Of a DNA stretch of 21,528 nucleotides, positions 1 through 9,254 are shown one piece after another. Below the pieces are notes generated by a model. The model made no database searches. It was not told the DNA's origin and saw only the letters and a list, made by a program, of their open reading frames with translations. A program made the translations under genes and the position numbers. Position 1 is the stretch's first letter, and each line of letters opens with the position of its first letter. Source of the stretch: an uncultured bacterium (GTDB lineage Bacteria > Hydrothermota > UBA3073 > NMUJ01); assembly GCA_965612795.1 (NCBI GenBank), contig CBFDTI010000017.1:1-21528 (forward strand), written 5' to 3'.

Positions 1-768
1 GCGATATGGTTAACAATGGGTGAGCTTGCCGATCTGGAAGGCGAACCCCGTTATGCAATAAACGCGTATGGAAGGGTGAAACATACACGATATGTACCGG
101 ATGCATTGTATGGGTTGGCACTCATATACGAGAAAATGGGTGAACTACAGACGGCTATGGATTATCTTCAACGTATAATCAACGAATATCCCAACACCGA
201 TAAGGTAACAGCTGCATATTACGAGCTGACAAAATTGTACATGATGCAGGATAAATACGAGACTGCTATCACAGTAGCAAACCAATTGCTATCTCTACAC
301 CCCGAGGCGCCTGAGGTACCTTATGTAAAGCTGTTGATAGCCAAAATCTACTACGAACAGGGTAGCTACAACGAAGCACTCGAGTTACTGAAAACCTTAA
401 ACCTACTAGAGGGTAAGCTTATAGAAGCACAGATATATGTGAAACAAAATAGGTTGGACGAAGCCGAATCTGTCGTATCACAGGTGATAGCAGGTAACGA
501 TATCACATTGAAACCCGAGGCAAGATATTGGTTAGGCGAAATATATTACAAAAGGGGCAACAAGACACAGGCGATGGAGGAGTTTCTCAAAGTCAAATAT
601 TTGTACGGTGATAACAGCTGGGTAACACCTGCACTGTTCAGGGCAGCCGAGATAGCCGAGGAACTGGGTGAATCCAACAAGGCGAAGGAATTATACAAAA
701 AGGTTATAGAAAGGGGCGACAAACCCGACCTCATCAAACAAGCCAAACAGCGGCTTAGAAGATTATGA
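1..768 (+). CDS. Tetratricopeptide-repeat (TPR) protein, 5'-truncated by the window edge (BamD/YfiO/CpoB-like repeats)
   Basis: Frame is open from base 1 (GCG ATA TGG TTA ACA ATG...). Repeated TPR helices such as 'DALYGLALIYEKMGELQTAMDYLQRIINEYP' and 'EARYWLGEIYYKRGNKTQAMEEFLKVKYLY'. ATGA overlap with the next gene at 765-768. Confidence 0.9.
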   Translation, partial: AIWLTMGELADLEGEPRYAINAYGRVKHTRYVPDALYGLALIYEKMGELQTAMDYLQRIINEYPNTDKVTAAYYELTKLYMMQDKYETAITVANQLLSLHPEAPEVPYVKLLIAKIYYEQGSYNEALELLKTLNLLEGKLIEAQIYVKQNRLDEAESVVSQVIAGNDITLKPEARYWLGEIYYKRGNKTQAMEEFLKVKYLYGDNSWVTPALFRAAEIAEELGESNKAKELYKKVIERGDKPDLIKQAKQRLRRL

Positions 769-1982
769 TAAGCTGGATACTGTTTGCATTGGTAGCTACG
801 GAGGAGCTCAAGTTACCTCAGATAGTAATTTATGGGGAACGACAACTTAAGTTACAGGTGTGGATACCTAGGATAGGGTTGGTCGATAGCCCCTACGTTA
901 CACGAAACGTGATGTACAGGTTACGTGAGGAGAGAAGCCTTGGGGTACCACACTTCGGTAGCAGAACCCGTAGAGTAGAGGGCAGGTTCATGGTTGGGGT
1001 TACTGAGTTAACACTATCTGCTGTATGTTCGCGAGTGGTGACGAACGTAAACTTATATTTCGATAAACATCGTACGAAATGGGGGTTGAGTAGTTACGTA
1101 GGGGTTAAACAAGCCAGCACATATGCGGATATCTATGAGTTACCCAGCAACAGAGGGCGTTTCGTAAAGTTTCGTACAAGGTACCCGGTTAGCTCCAACA
1201 TCACCTTATGGGGTGATTACAATCGCTTCATAGACAACGGATATGAAGCACAACTTAAGCTTGGCATAAAATACGGAATGCGGTTACAAGACATGCGATT
1301 TGTGTTCATGTGTGAGCTCGCTGATAAAGAGTTTGTGGCAAACATACTCCCTTGTTATACACTAAACTTTGGAGTGACATCATTGAGGGTGGGCTTACCG
1401 GTCGCAGTTACTGCGCATCATCTTTTTGCGACACCATACCTACAGTTCGTAACGAATGCGATGGGTAAGCTTGCCATTACGGCTGTACCAAGATATGGGA
1501 TGTTGACCAACAGTGATGCGATACCGGAGAATCCTTTCCATAGAGATGTACCTTATTTAAGTCGTCGCTACGATCTAACAGCAAGTTGGTGGATATCAAA
1601 CATCGAGATAGGTGCAAGGTCTGTACGTAACTATCCTGGGTTTAAGATAGATTCACTAAATTACAAATGGTGTGATACCTCACTCACTATGGTATATCTG
1701 AAGTTATACAATGTAGAGGTTAAGTGGTACCTGACCAAACCGCAACATATCCCAGATGTACAGGTAAGCTTCAACCACACGACAAGATATGGTGATATAT
1801 CGATACAGGCCAGCAGTTATAGAGGTGAGCCCTTAATCGATATTGGATATGAAAGTAAGATCATCCCACACCTATCTATCATGGTAGGAGTGGAAAACCT
1901 ACTCGATAGAAGTTACTCCATATGGCAAGGTTTAAGTGAACCACGTCGCAGGCTGAGTGTAGGTCTAAAGGTTAGATTCTAA
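765..1982 (+). CDS. Putative outer-membrane beta-barrel protein with a TonB-dependent-receptor-like C-terminus
   Basis: Short hydrophobic N-terminus and alternating amphipathic beta pattern. C-terminal 'VGVENLLDRSY...RRLSVGLKVRF' has an NLLD motif and terminal Phe (BAM beta-signal). Translationally coupled to the TPR gene. Confidence 0.65.
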   Translation: MISWILFALVATEELKLPQIVIYGERQLKLQVWIPRIGLVDSPYVTRNVMYRLREERSLGVPHFGSRTRRVEGRFMVGVTELTLSAVCSRVVTNVNLYFDKHRTKWGLSSYVGVKQASTYADIYELPSNRGRFVKFRTRYPVSSNITLWGDYNRFIDNGYEAQLKLGIKYGMRLQDMRFVFMCELADKEFVANILPCYTLNFGVTSLRVGLPVAVTAHHLFATPYLQFVTNAMGKLAITAVPRYGMLTNSDAIPENPFHRDVPYLSRRYDLTASWWISNIEIGARSVRNYPGFKIDSLNYKWCDTSLTMVYLKLYNVEVKWYLTKPQHIPDVQVSFNHTTRYGDISIQASSYRGEPLIDIGYESKIIPHLSIMVGVENLLDRSYSIWQGLSEPRRRLSVGLKVRF

Positions 1983-2020
1983 AGATCACGTATACCAATC
2001 CGCATATGTAATCTAATTTG

Positions 2021-3088
2021 TTAACCAAGTTGCGAAACCTCAGTAGCGTATTGTAATAACAGGTCTACTTGTTCCAACTTATGTATGAGCGGCGTCATAC
2101 CGAAGAACTCCATAGCTGTTAATAATGGGATACTTAGTCTTTTGGCCTTTTCATAAACAGGGGCAAGCCGTTCCGTATATTTGGGTTCACGTAATGGATG
2201 ATGGTCGTATATGATGATTTCGGGCGTCGTCTCTCCCAGTATTCTTTCCATGTTGGTGATGACACGATCCATGTTACGGAAAGCAAATACATAGCCCAAC
2301 AGATATGTAGGAGGGCCATCGATTATCAATATATCCGGTTGCTCATCTATTATCCAATCTGCGTATTGCTCAACAACCGGGCCTTGCAAGTCCGATGTGT
2401 ACAGCAATTTTGTACCCCTATGTTCAACCACCAACGCTATCAGCCAACCCGTTTTGGTATACTCTTCACCATGGAATAAAGGTTTGGTGAACCGCAACAC
2501 CGTATCACCGAATTTGACAGTCCTGCCGTCTGCAAAGTATATCCTCTTATGGGTGGGCTCCTTCACCCATGCATTGGTTTGCCATGTAGCTACATTCTCC
2601 AGAAACCGTTTACGTATACGGGGTTCGGCATCTGGACGTTGCACCTTTATAGGCATGGGAAAGTTGAATTCGCGTTGTTGAGGTTCGATATATTCCAGGT
2701 CGCCCAACAGCTGTCCAAGAAACAGGCGTGCACGCTCCCATTGTGAATAGTTGATCCATCGGTTAGGATCCTTTATATAGAGGATTTTATTGTCATAGAG
2801 GTTGGACACCTTCTCCGGTAGTGTATGGTGATCATAGTGATAATGTGAGATAAAAATGACGTTAGCTTGTTGGGCATAGCTGCTTATCCTTTCGAGTGCT
2901 ATTGCACGTAGTTTATCTTTGACATCGTCCGGCAATGGATACGAAGGTTGCATACCAGCAGCTCCGGGGTCGACGAGCAGCTTAATGTCTGGGGTTTGGA
3001 CAAATATTGAGCTACATTTCGCACCCATAGAGTCAAACCACAACAGTGTCACCTCTATATCGTCAACCTTTAAGTTACGGTCAAACAT
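2021..3088 (-). CDS. MBL-fold metallo-hydrolase, UPF0282-like
   Basis: Motifs 'FDSMGAKCSS...LLVDPG', 'ISHYHYDHH', 'PLFHG', 'LLYTSDLQGP', 'IIDGPPTY' and 'IYDHHPLR'. Start moved from 3148 to the ATG at 3088 because it forms a TAATG overlap with the upstream stop (3088-3090). Confidence 0.85.
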   Translation of the reverse strand: MFDRNLKVDDIEVTLLWFDSMGAKCSSIFVQTPDIKLLVDPGAAGMQPSYPLPDDVKDKLRAIALERISSYAQQANVIFISHYHYDHHTLPEKVSNLYDNKILYIKDPNRWINYSQWERARLFLGQLLGDLEYIEPQQREFNFPMPIKVQRPDAEPRIRKRFLENVATWQTNAWVKEPTHKRIYFADGRTVKFGDTVLRFTKPLFHGEEYTKTGWLIALVVEHRGTKLLYTSDLQGPVVEQYADWIIDEQPDILIIDGPPTYLLGYVFAFRNMDRVITNMERILGETTPEIIIYDHHPLREPKYTERLAPVYEKAKRLSIPLLTAMEFFGMTPLIHKLEQVDLLLQYATEVSQLG

Positions 3089-4902
3089 TATCGTTTTTCC
3101 AGTAACCAAGTTATAACAAACAATGCAAAGAATGGCAAAAGGAACCATAAACTCTGTGAGAAAAATATAGGCCGCCGTACGCTGGTAGGTTTAACCTCAG
3201 AAATCTGGTCTATCGAATCTATAATTGTACCACCAGTAGCATCCGCTATCTGCTGAAGGGTAAACCGATCCACCCCATATAGTCTATCTTCTACTGGTAA
3301 TGGTTCTACGAGTAGTGTATCGCTCCATAGGTGGTTGCCGAATTCAATCCCCATGGGGTATTTACCTTCGGGTAGTGCATTAACATACAGATGGTATACA
3401 CCATCGGTGGGGTACAGTTTATGCTCGGTATTGTTGAGTTTCACCAAGATAGTATCCTCGTAACGTTCATCAGGTGTCAACCATATCATGAAATCTACCC
3501 TTTGTACGATACCTTCTTGTATATGGAGAGGTGTCATAAATTGCACGTAGGGGTAATCAACCCCATATAACAGGTACTCAAAAAGTAGCTTGCTGAACTT
3601 ACCGGAGGTGACGAAATCCCATCGCCATATGTCGTTTACTGCAATATGTAACACTTTGGGGTGGGTAGAAGGTTGCCATACAATAAGTGGTAGCTCGATA
3701 TGCCCCAGATGCTGTACCTTGGGTGATAAGGTGGCCCATAACTGAGCACCCTCCTTTAGTCCATTGAAGACATACAATTCATGGAATACCAACAAAGTAT
3801 CCTGCAACCCCTGTAATGTGACAGATTTGAAGTTTGGATAGAAAGTACCCCTTTTATATGAACATGGTGGTATAAGTGGTGACAGCACATGTTGGATACC
3901 ACCGATCATCACAAGGGTCTGTGTAGCTGGTAGGTTTCTGACACTATAGTTATCCAGTACAACGATATCAGCCGATGGCCAGCTATCAGGTAATTGCGTA
4001 GTTTTACCGGCTGGTGTCCAGTAAACTCCAGGCGCTATCTCAAGATAATAATCCAACACTATACCTTTTTTGTTGTCAATACTTTGTTTGAGGAACTTGA
4101 AGTTCCATGAGGGTTTGCCTATCCATATCACCCGCTTAGGGGCGAGTACACGTATCTGTACCGTGAGTTGATTGTTAAACGGATTGACATCCCACTCGGG
4201 TACATCCATCGATGCTTGTAGGTTATGGATACCGGGATGGTCGAATTTTAGCTTTAGGTTGATTTCGTTGATACCGCTACGCAGGTGTAGCGTTTTGTTG
4301 AATATCGGTTTGCCATCCTTTAAGAATATGAGCTCGCTCACAATAGGTAAGGTATCATTACGTATAACAAGGATTACGGACACACTATCGTGTGAGTAGA
4401 TAGGCCCTTTCACTATCATATCTATCAACCCCACATCAGCCCACACTTTATCAGGTAAGTTTATAGGGTAAACCGGTACAGTTATTGAGTGTAAATCTGT
4501 CCGCGATAATCGTGTAGCGGTTTCATTACCATCTGATACGAGGATGATGGCGCTTGCTACTCGTGACACCTTCGTGAGGTGATCGAAAATCGGGCTCCTA
4601 TCTGCAGTAAATGTTAGGGAATCAGCCTCTGGAAATATATATAGCTTGTATTCCGGGTGATTAGATTTTATAAACTCCAGTAAGCTATCGATCTCAGGTT
4701 GCCACAACCGCATACTACGTGAGTTATCCACCAGCACAAATATGGGGTATGTACGTACAAGTGTACGATAAAGGAGGGGTTCACTCACAAGTAGTATCAG
4801 ACACCCTACCAACAGTATACGCAATGGCAAAAGTAACCGCTTGCGTTTCAACCATATCAATGAGATAAGTATTACCCCAAAAAGCACTCCGTAGAGATAC
4901 AT
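3088..4902 (-). CDS. Membrane-anchored VWA-domain protein (VWA + CARDB/Ig-like + GATase1-like region, TM segments at both ends)
   Basis: N-terminal double TM. MIDAS-like 'VLVDNSRSM' and 'IILVSDG'. Ig-like 'ADVGLIDMIV...DVNPFNNQLTVQIRV'. 'TLQQIADATGG' precedes a C-terminal TM. Confidence 0.75.
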   Translation of the reverse strand: MYLYGVLFGVILISLIWLKRKRLLLPLRILLVGCLILLVSEPLLYRTLVRTYPIFVLVDNSRSMRLWQPEIDSLLEFIKSNHPEYKLYIFPEADSLTFTADRSPIFDHLTKVSRVASAIILVSDGNETATRLSRTDLHSITVPVYPINLPDKVWADVGLIDMIVKGPIYSHDSVSVILVIRNDTLPIVSELIFLKDGKPIFNKTLHLRSGINEINLKLKFDHPGIHNLQASMDVPEWDVNPFNNQLTVQIRVLAPKRVIWIGKPSWNFKFLKQSIDNKKGIVLDYYLEIAPGVYWTPAGKTTQLPDSWPSADIVVLDNYSVRNLPATQTLVMIGGIQHVLSPLIPPCSYKRGTFYPNFKSVTLQGLQDTLLVFHELYVFNGLKEGAQLWATLSPKVQHLGHIELPLIVWQPSTHPKVLHIAVNDIWRWDFVTSGKFSKLLFEYLLYGVDYPYVQFMTPLHIQEGIVQRVDFMIWLTPDERYEDTILVKLNNTEHKLYPTDGVYHLYVNALPEGKYPMGIEFGNHLWSDTLLVEPLPVEDRLYGVDRFTLQQIADATGGTIIDSIDQISEVKPTSVRRPIFFSQSLWFLLPFFALFVITWLLEKR

Positions 4903-4903
4903 G

Positions 4904-7900
4904 TCAGTAGCGTATCTTAAACTCTACACCTACCCTGAACGTGGTCGAGCTACGTTCACCTATAAGTAACACCCTGCGATGTAAATAGTATTCACTACGT
5001 ATGAGTTCGTCATGTGTGGCCAAATCACGCATGTAGAAGACGAACCATGTTGGTGATAGGTATTTACCAGCGGCTAACCTGAAACCAGGCTTACCTCCTA
5101 CAATGTAAGGCTCTAACGTAAACATATCGAAGACATTGGTGGCTGGCATCACCTGTTTCTGTAGGAGATACGATATAGTACGTTCAGGTAGCATCACAAC
5201 AAGTTCATCAGGGGTTAACGTTCGTTGAGGGACTACATTAAACACGAGTAATGAAACGATATCGGTCAATGGGCGTGGCGGTACGGAACTTAGCGTAAAC
5301 TGCATATCCCTAAAATAGCCGGTCACTGCCAGTTTAATGGTGTCCTCGATGGATTCACTTTTACCGCCACGTATTTCGAGATGTTTCACAATAGTGTATG
5401 CGGATAGATTAATCTTGGGATTGAATTCGGCAATATTTTCGAAACTGAACATACCGCGTGTTATTTCAAATTTTCTATCAAAATAGTAGAAATAACCGCG
5501 TTTAACGTTGGCATTTCCAGTAAACAGTAAGCGATCCAGCTGTGTAATCAATCGCACATCGCCCTCCAATTCCATATTAGCGATGGAATTTTTAACCCAT
5601 ACGTTTCTGGGAAATACAACTTCGAGGTTAAACCTTATCGGAGGGGGTGGGCCACCTTTTGTTTCACTGAATTCTGCGGTATAAATGGCGTTATTGATGT
5701 AGATTTTACCAGTTATTAACGGATATTGTAGGTCACCGTCAACGGTAAGCTCTACTTCCATATCAGCTTGTAAATCAGGGCGTGCAATTTTCACATTGGT
5801 ACCCTCGATGTAAAGGTTATCAGCCTTTACACCGGGATAAAGCAATATTAAGTTATTGGTGACCTTGATCGTTTCACCAACTTTTGTATCAACAAGCGTG
5901 ATTGTGTCACCATTAAGCTGTATATGGCTGACAAATGTGTCAGCATTGAATCCAAACACTGGAACCTGTAGGTTAGCCCCATCAATGGATAGTTTACCAT
6001 AAAAGAGTGGATACTCGTAAGTACCGACAATTTTGAGGGTACCCGATACTTTCGCCATATTCGCATCTATCATTGGTGGGAACAGTTCCGTAAACGGCAA
6101 ATGATGTAGTTGAACATACCAATACCACTCCTTTGGCAACAGAGTGGGACGGAATCTCCTAAGGGAGAATGGTAACCATCCCACAGCTTCACCGTACCCA
6201 GTACCGTTTTTGAAGATAAGCTTCGAGAAGTGTAGCGTATCGTCATGTATGGAGAGCGTAAACCTTACCGTATCAACTGCGTAGCTATAGATGGGGTTAG
6301 GGAAAACATAGAAGAAATTACGTACCAAGCCATGCGCCTCAACTTGAGGGTCATCGTAGGTACCGGTAAGTATAACCTCGGCATCTGCGTAGCCACTAAT
6401 TTCGGGTAGCAGCAATTTGATGGGCACCTCTTTTGTTAGAATATGTAAAGCTATGTTATGTGGATCGTATTTACCAGATAGTGAAAGGTGGCCACCTTCG
6501 ACGTTAAGTTCACCCTCGATGTGTAACCCATCCTCCCACCGTAGTACCAAAGGTATAACGTTGGATAGATGTATATCCTCGTATCGAATATCAACGGAAT
6601 CTATGCGCCACTCGTCTATATAACTTAACCCACATAGGTAGAAATGTGCATCCTTGCCGGTACCAGTGGCACGAAACTGCCAACCTGTTTCACTAGGCGT
6701 GGTTTCTATCCCCCAAATATCTTGCTTAAGGTTACCGATAATAGCATCCCTTAAATATAGGTAAAGTTTACCAGTGGGTGGGCGCAGCAAGAGGTCAAAA
6801 TTAGCATCTAGGTTCATAGCACTTACATATGGGGCGTTAAACTGCACGATACGTACTCCACCTTTCAGTGAAGGTGCATCAAACGTACCCTGTAACCGAA
6901 ACTTACCAGTTAGCAAACCATCGATTGGATAGCCGAACCCTGATACTGGGAAATTGTTGGCATCGATAATTAGATCCAACGTATCATGTACGATGTGACC
7001 GGCTAAAGATAACCAACCATTAAGGAATTGTAACATAAGTTTCGGTATCTCATAAGAATCTGCAGTGAAAACCGTAGTACCTGTAATTCTATCGAGTAAC
7101 CTTTCACACAGTCTACCCGTCACGTCATAGGTGAGATAGATGTTGGTCCCGTCACTTTCAACGTGTACATCACCTTCTAAATCGGTATACCATAAGGCAT
7201 GCTCTATGAAATCACATAAGTTAAGGTTATGCACACAGAAATCGCCATAGTATCTAGGGTAACACATAGTAAGTGTACCCTCTATTTGGCTGGTACCGTT
7301 ACGCCATACTATATCATAAAATTTGAACGTATCAGCATACCAACGAAGTGTGCCGGAACCCTCACCAATGTAGCTACCCCTGTAGAATACGTTCTGTATC
7401 TTCCATTTAGCGGCGACGGTATCGAGATTCGTTATACCCTCTAGGATCAAAGTACCGTCAAAAGTAGTATCTAAATATGAGATGGGTAACCCACATATTT
7501 CGAAATTTAACAATGAACGGTCACTTAATATACCAGATAAGGTTAACCAGTAGGTATCACCTTCGATACGAAATCGATCAATCCTTACCCTATTGGGTTG
7601 TAAGTTAATCACTAGCGAGACGTGCCCCCAGTTACGATCCCAGAAGATGAGCTCCTTACCGGATAACCAAAATGAGTTACCCTTCATACCTGCAGTTGCA
7701 CTGCGGAGTATAGCATTTCCGATCACTGGTAAAGAAGTGATTGAAAGATTTATGATCTCGAGATGCTCGATTACCAAAGGAAACTCCCACGTAGCAGCTG
7801 CAGTACTATCTGGTTTATAAATGATAGAGGGGTTAAAGACCCTGAGCATTGGTAGCCGTTTACATAATAATCCGATGGGTGAAACCTCGGCAATCACGGA

Positions 7901-8098
7901 ATCGATGGTAATTATATCTGAACTTATATTTTTCAAAATCAGCTGTCGAAATGGGTTACCATACAGATACTGTATATCAACACCTAGGATGCGTTCGAGT
8001 TGTGATTTGATGATGGGATTGAACACACCACATAGGGTTAGCAAAACTATGGATACAAACAGTAGACCGATTATTATTGGGATATATCTCTTGCCCAT
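4904..8098 (-). CDS. tamB: Translocation and assembly module TamB / AsmA-like protein (DUF490 C-terminus)
   Basis: N-terminal TM anchor. Repeated 'L.GT..P...G.(V/L)' beta-taco units. C-terminal 'NVWVKNSIANMELEGDVRL...RKFEITRGMFSF...NPKINLSA...AGKYLSPTWFVFY...VGVEFKIRY'. Confidence 0.85.
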   Translation of the reverse strand: MGKRYIPIIIGLLFVSIVLLTLCGVFNPIIKSQLERILGVDIQYLYGNPFRQLILKNISSDIITIDSVIAEVSPIGLLCKRLPMLRVFNPSIIYKPDSTAAATWEFPLVIEHLEIINLSITSLPVIGNAILRSATAGMKGNSFWLSGKELIFWDRNWGHVSLVINLQPNRVRIDRFRIEGDTYWLTLSGILSDRSLLNFEICGLPISYLDTTFDGTLILEGITNLDTVAAKWKIQNVFYRGSYIGEGSGTLRWYADTFKFYDIVWRNGTSQIEGTLTMCYPRYYGDFCVHNLNLCDFIEHALWYTDLEGDVHVESDGTNIYLTYDVTGRLCERLLDRITGTTVFTADSYEIPKLMLQFLNGWLSLAGHIVHDTLDLIIDANNFPVSGFGYPIDGLLTGKFRLQGTFDAPSLKGGVRIVQFNAPYVSAMNLDANFDLLLRPPTGKLYLYLRDAIIGNLKQDIWGIETTPSETGWQFRATGTGKDAHFYLCGLSYIDEWRIDSVDIRYEDIHLSNVIPLVLRWEDGLHIEGELNVEGGHLSLSGKYDPHNIALHILTKEVPIKLLLPEISGYADAEVILTGTYDDPQVEAHGLVRNFFYVFPNPIYSYAVDTVRFTLSIHDDTLHFSKLIFKNGTGYGEAVGWLPFSLRRFRPTLLPKEWYWYVQLHHLPFTELFPPMIDANMAKVSGTLKIVGTYEYPLFYGKLSIDGANLQVPVFGFNADTFVSHIQLNGDTITLVDTKVGETIKVTNNLILLYPGVKADNLYIEGTNVKIARPDLQADMEVELTVDGDLQYPLITGKIYINNAIYTAEFSETKGGPPPPIRFNLEVVFPRNVWVKNSIANMELEGDVRLITQLDRLLFTGNANVKRGYFYYFDRKFEITRGMFSFENIAEFNPKINLSAYTIVKHLEIRGGKSESIEDTIKLAVTGYFRDMQFTLSSVPPRPLTDIVSLLVFNVVPQRTLTPDELVVMLPERTISYLLQKQVMPATNVFDMFTLEPYIVGGKPGFRLAAGKYLSPTWFVFYMRDLATHDELIRSEYYLHRRVLLIGERSSTTFRVGVEFKIRY

Positions 8099-8370
8099 CG
8101 GATTTTGGGAGCCACAAAGTAGGTACCTTCCCTTCGTGGAGCGTTGGCGAGCGCCTCATCCGGTGATAATGATTTGCCGGGGATATCCTCACGTAAGATG
8201 AGAGAAGCTTCACTAAAATGTACGGGTAACTCCCCAGTGGGGGCATTACGTATCTCTGCAAAGTATTCGAGCATCTTCTGAAATTGCGCAATAAACGCTT
8301 TCTGTTGGTCACCCTTAAACCCTAGGTATGCAAGTCGCGATACTTTCAATATTTCATCTTTGTCTACCAT
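8074..8370 (-). CDS. gatC: Asp-tRNA(Asn)/Glu-tRNA(Gln) amidotransferase subunit C
   Basis: 'EILKVSRLAYL', 'MLEYFAEI' and 'LREDIPGKSLSPDEALANAPRREGTYFVAPKI' match the GatC pattern. 98 aa; overlaps the tamB start by 25 nt. Confidence 0.9.
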   Translation of the reverse strand: MVDKDEILKVSRLAYLGFKGDQQKAFIAQFQKMLEYFAEIRNAPTGELPVHFSEASLILREDIPGKSLSPDEALANAPRREGTYFVAPKIRWARDISQ

Positions 8371-8403
8371 ATGTTAAATCTATTGCATTACGTTGTAAGT
8401 CAA
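8371..8403 (-). promoter_or_regulatory. Putative sigma70-like promoter for gatC, probably leaderless
   Basis: Minus strand reads TTGACT(8403-8398)-N15-TAGATT(8382-8377)-TAACAT-ATG. No Shine-Dalgarno before gatC. Confidence 0.5.
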
Positions 8404-8475
8404 TCAACTGCTACATACGCTATTCAATTTATTGACTATTGCACCACCTTTTTATGGAAGTGTTACCAGAGGTTT

Positions 8476-8922
8476 TTAAAGAGAATCTTCCCTGTCGCGT
8501 AATTTCTTGAAAAATGTTTGTAATAACTCTACAGCTTCATGTTCCAGCACACCACCTTTTACCTGGATACCCTCACAACATTTAAACTTACTCACTATAC
8601 CACCGATCCGTGGGTCATATGCACCAAATACACACCTAGATATTCTTGCAACCCATATAGCACCTGCACACATGGGACAGGGTTCAAGTGTCACATATAT
8701 GGTACAACCATTTAGCCGCCAATCCCCTAGTGTATTGGCAGCACTTGTGATCGCCAGTATCTCTGCGTGTGCAGTCGGATCTTTAAGTGCCTCCACCCTA
8801 TTGTGGCCACGCCCTATGATACGGTTATTTTTGACAATAACGGCACCTACAGGGATTTCACCCTCTTCGAATGCAATTCGAGCTTCTTTAAGTGCTTCAT
8901 GCATCCAGAATGTGTCATCCAT
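8476..8922 (-). CDS. tadA: tRNA adenosine(34) deaminase
   Basis: 'EIPVGAVIV', 'DPTAHAE', 'TLEPCPMCAGA' and 'FFKKLR' motifs. Confidence 0.93.
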   Translation of the reverse strand: MDDTFWMHEALKEARIAFEEGEIPVGAVIVKNNRIIGRGHNRVEALKDPTAHAEILAITSAANTLGDWRLNGCTIYVTLEPCPMCAGAIWVARISRCVFGAYDPRIGGIVSKFKCCEGIQVKGGVLEHEAVELLQTFFKKLRDREDSL

Positions 8923-8934
8923 GAAAATTAGGAG

Positions 8935-8961
8935 ACCCCGGCCAACTCCGTTGGCCGGGGT
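8935..8961 (-). terminator. GC-rich hairpin downstream of HU (terminator or stabiliser; weak U-tract)
   Basis: Perfect 12-bp inverted repeat ACCCCGGCCAAC-TCC-GTTGGCCGGGGT, 6 nt after the HU stop. Followed on the minus strand by CTCCTAATTTT. Confidence 0.7.
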
Positions 8962-8967
8962 TAATGC

Positions 8968-9240
8968 TTACTCAACCACCTTCCTCAGCTTAGCACCGGG
9001 CACAAATTTAGGCACCTTCTTGGCTGGTACCCTTATAGGGGCGCCTGTCCTTGGATTACGTGCGGTACGGGGTGCCCTCTGTCTTACAACAAACGAACCA
9101 AACCCTACGAGTGTAACCTTCTCACCTTTGCCAAGTGCTTCTGTCACTGTCTCCATAAATGCATCAACAGCCGCCTTGGCCGCTTTCTTGGAAATACCGG
9201 CCCTCTCAGCTATCCTGGCGGCAAGATCAACTTTCTTCAT
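8968..9240 (-). CDS. hup: DNA-binding protein HU
   Basis: 'GEKVTLVGFGSF...RAPRTARNPRTG...VPAKKVPKFVPGAKLR'. Strong SD AGGAGG upstream. Confidence 0.97.
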   Translation of the reverse strand: MKKVDLAARIAERAGISKKAAKAAVDAFMETVTEALGKGEKVTLVGFGSFVVRQRAPRTARNPRTGAPIRVPAKKVPKFVPGAKLRKVVE

Positions 9241-9254
9241 CCTACCTCCTTGTT

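Noticed and set aside
1983..2014. Imperfect inverted repeat AGATCACGTAT...ATATGTAATCT between convergent genes
   Set aside because: AT-rich with mismatches, a 10-nt loop and a poor U-tract; too weak to call a terminator.
8432..8470. + strand TTGACT as an antisense promoter into tadA
   Set aside because: No TAnnnT box at any spacing of 14-18 nt.
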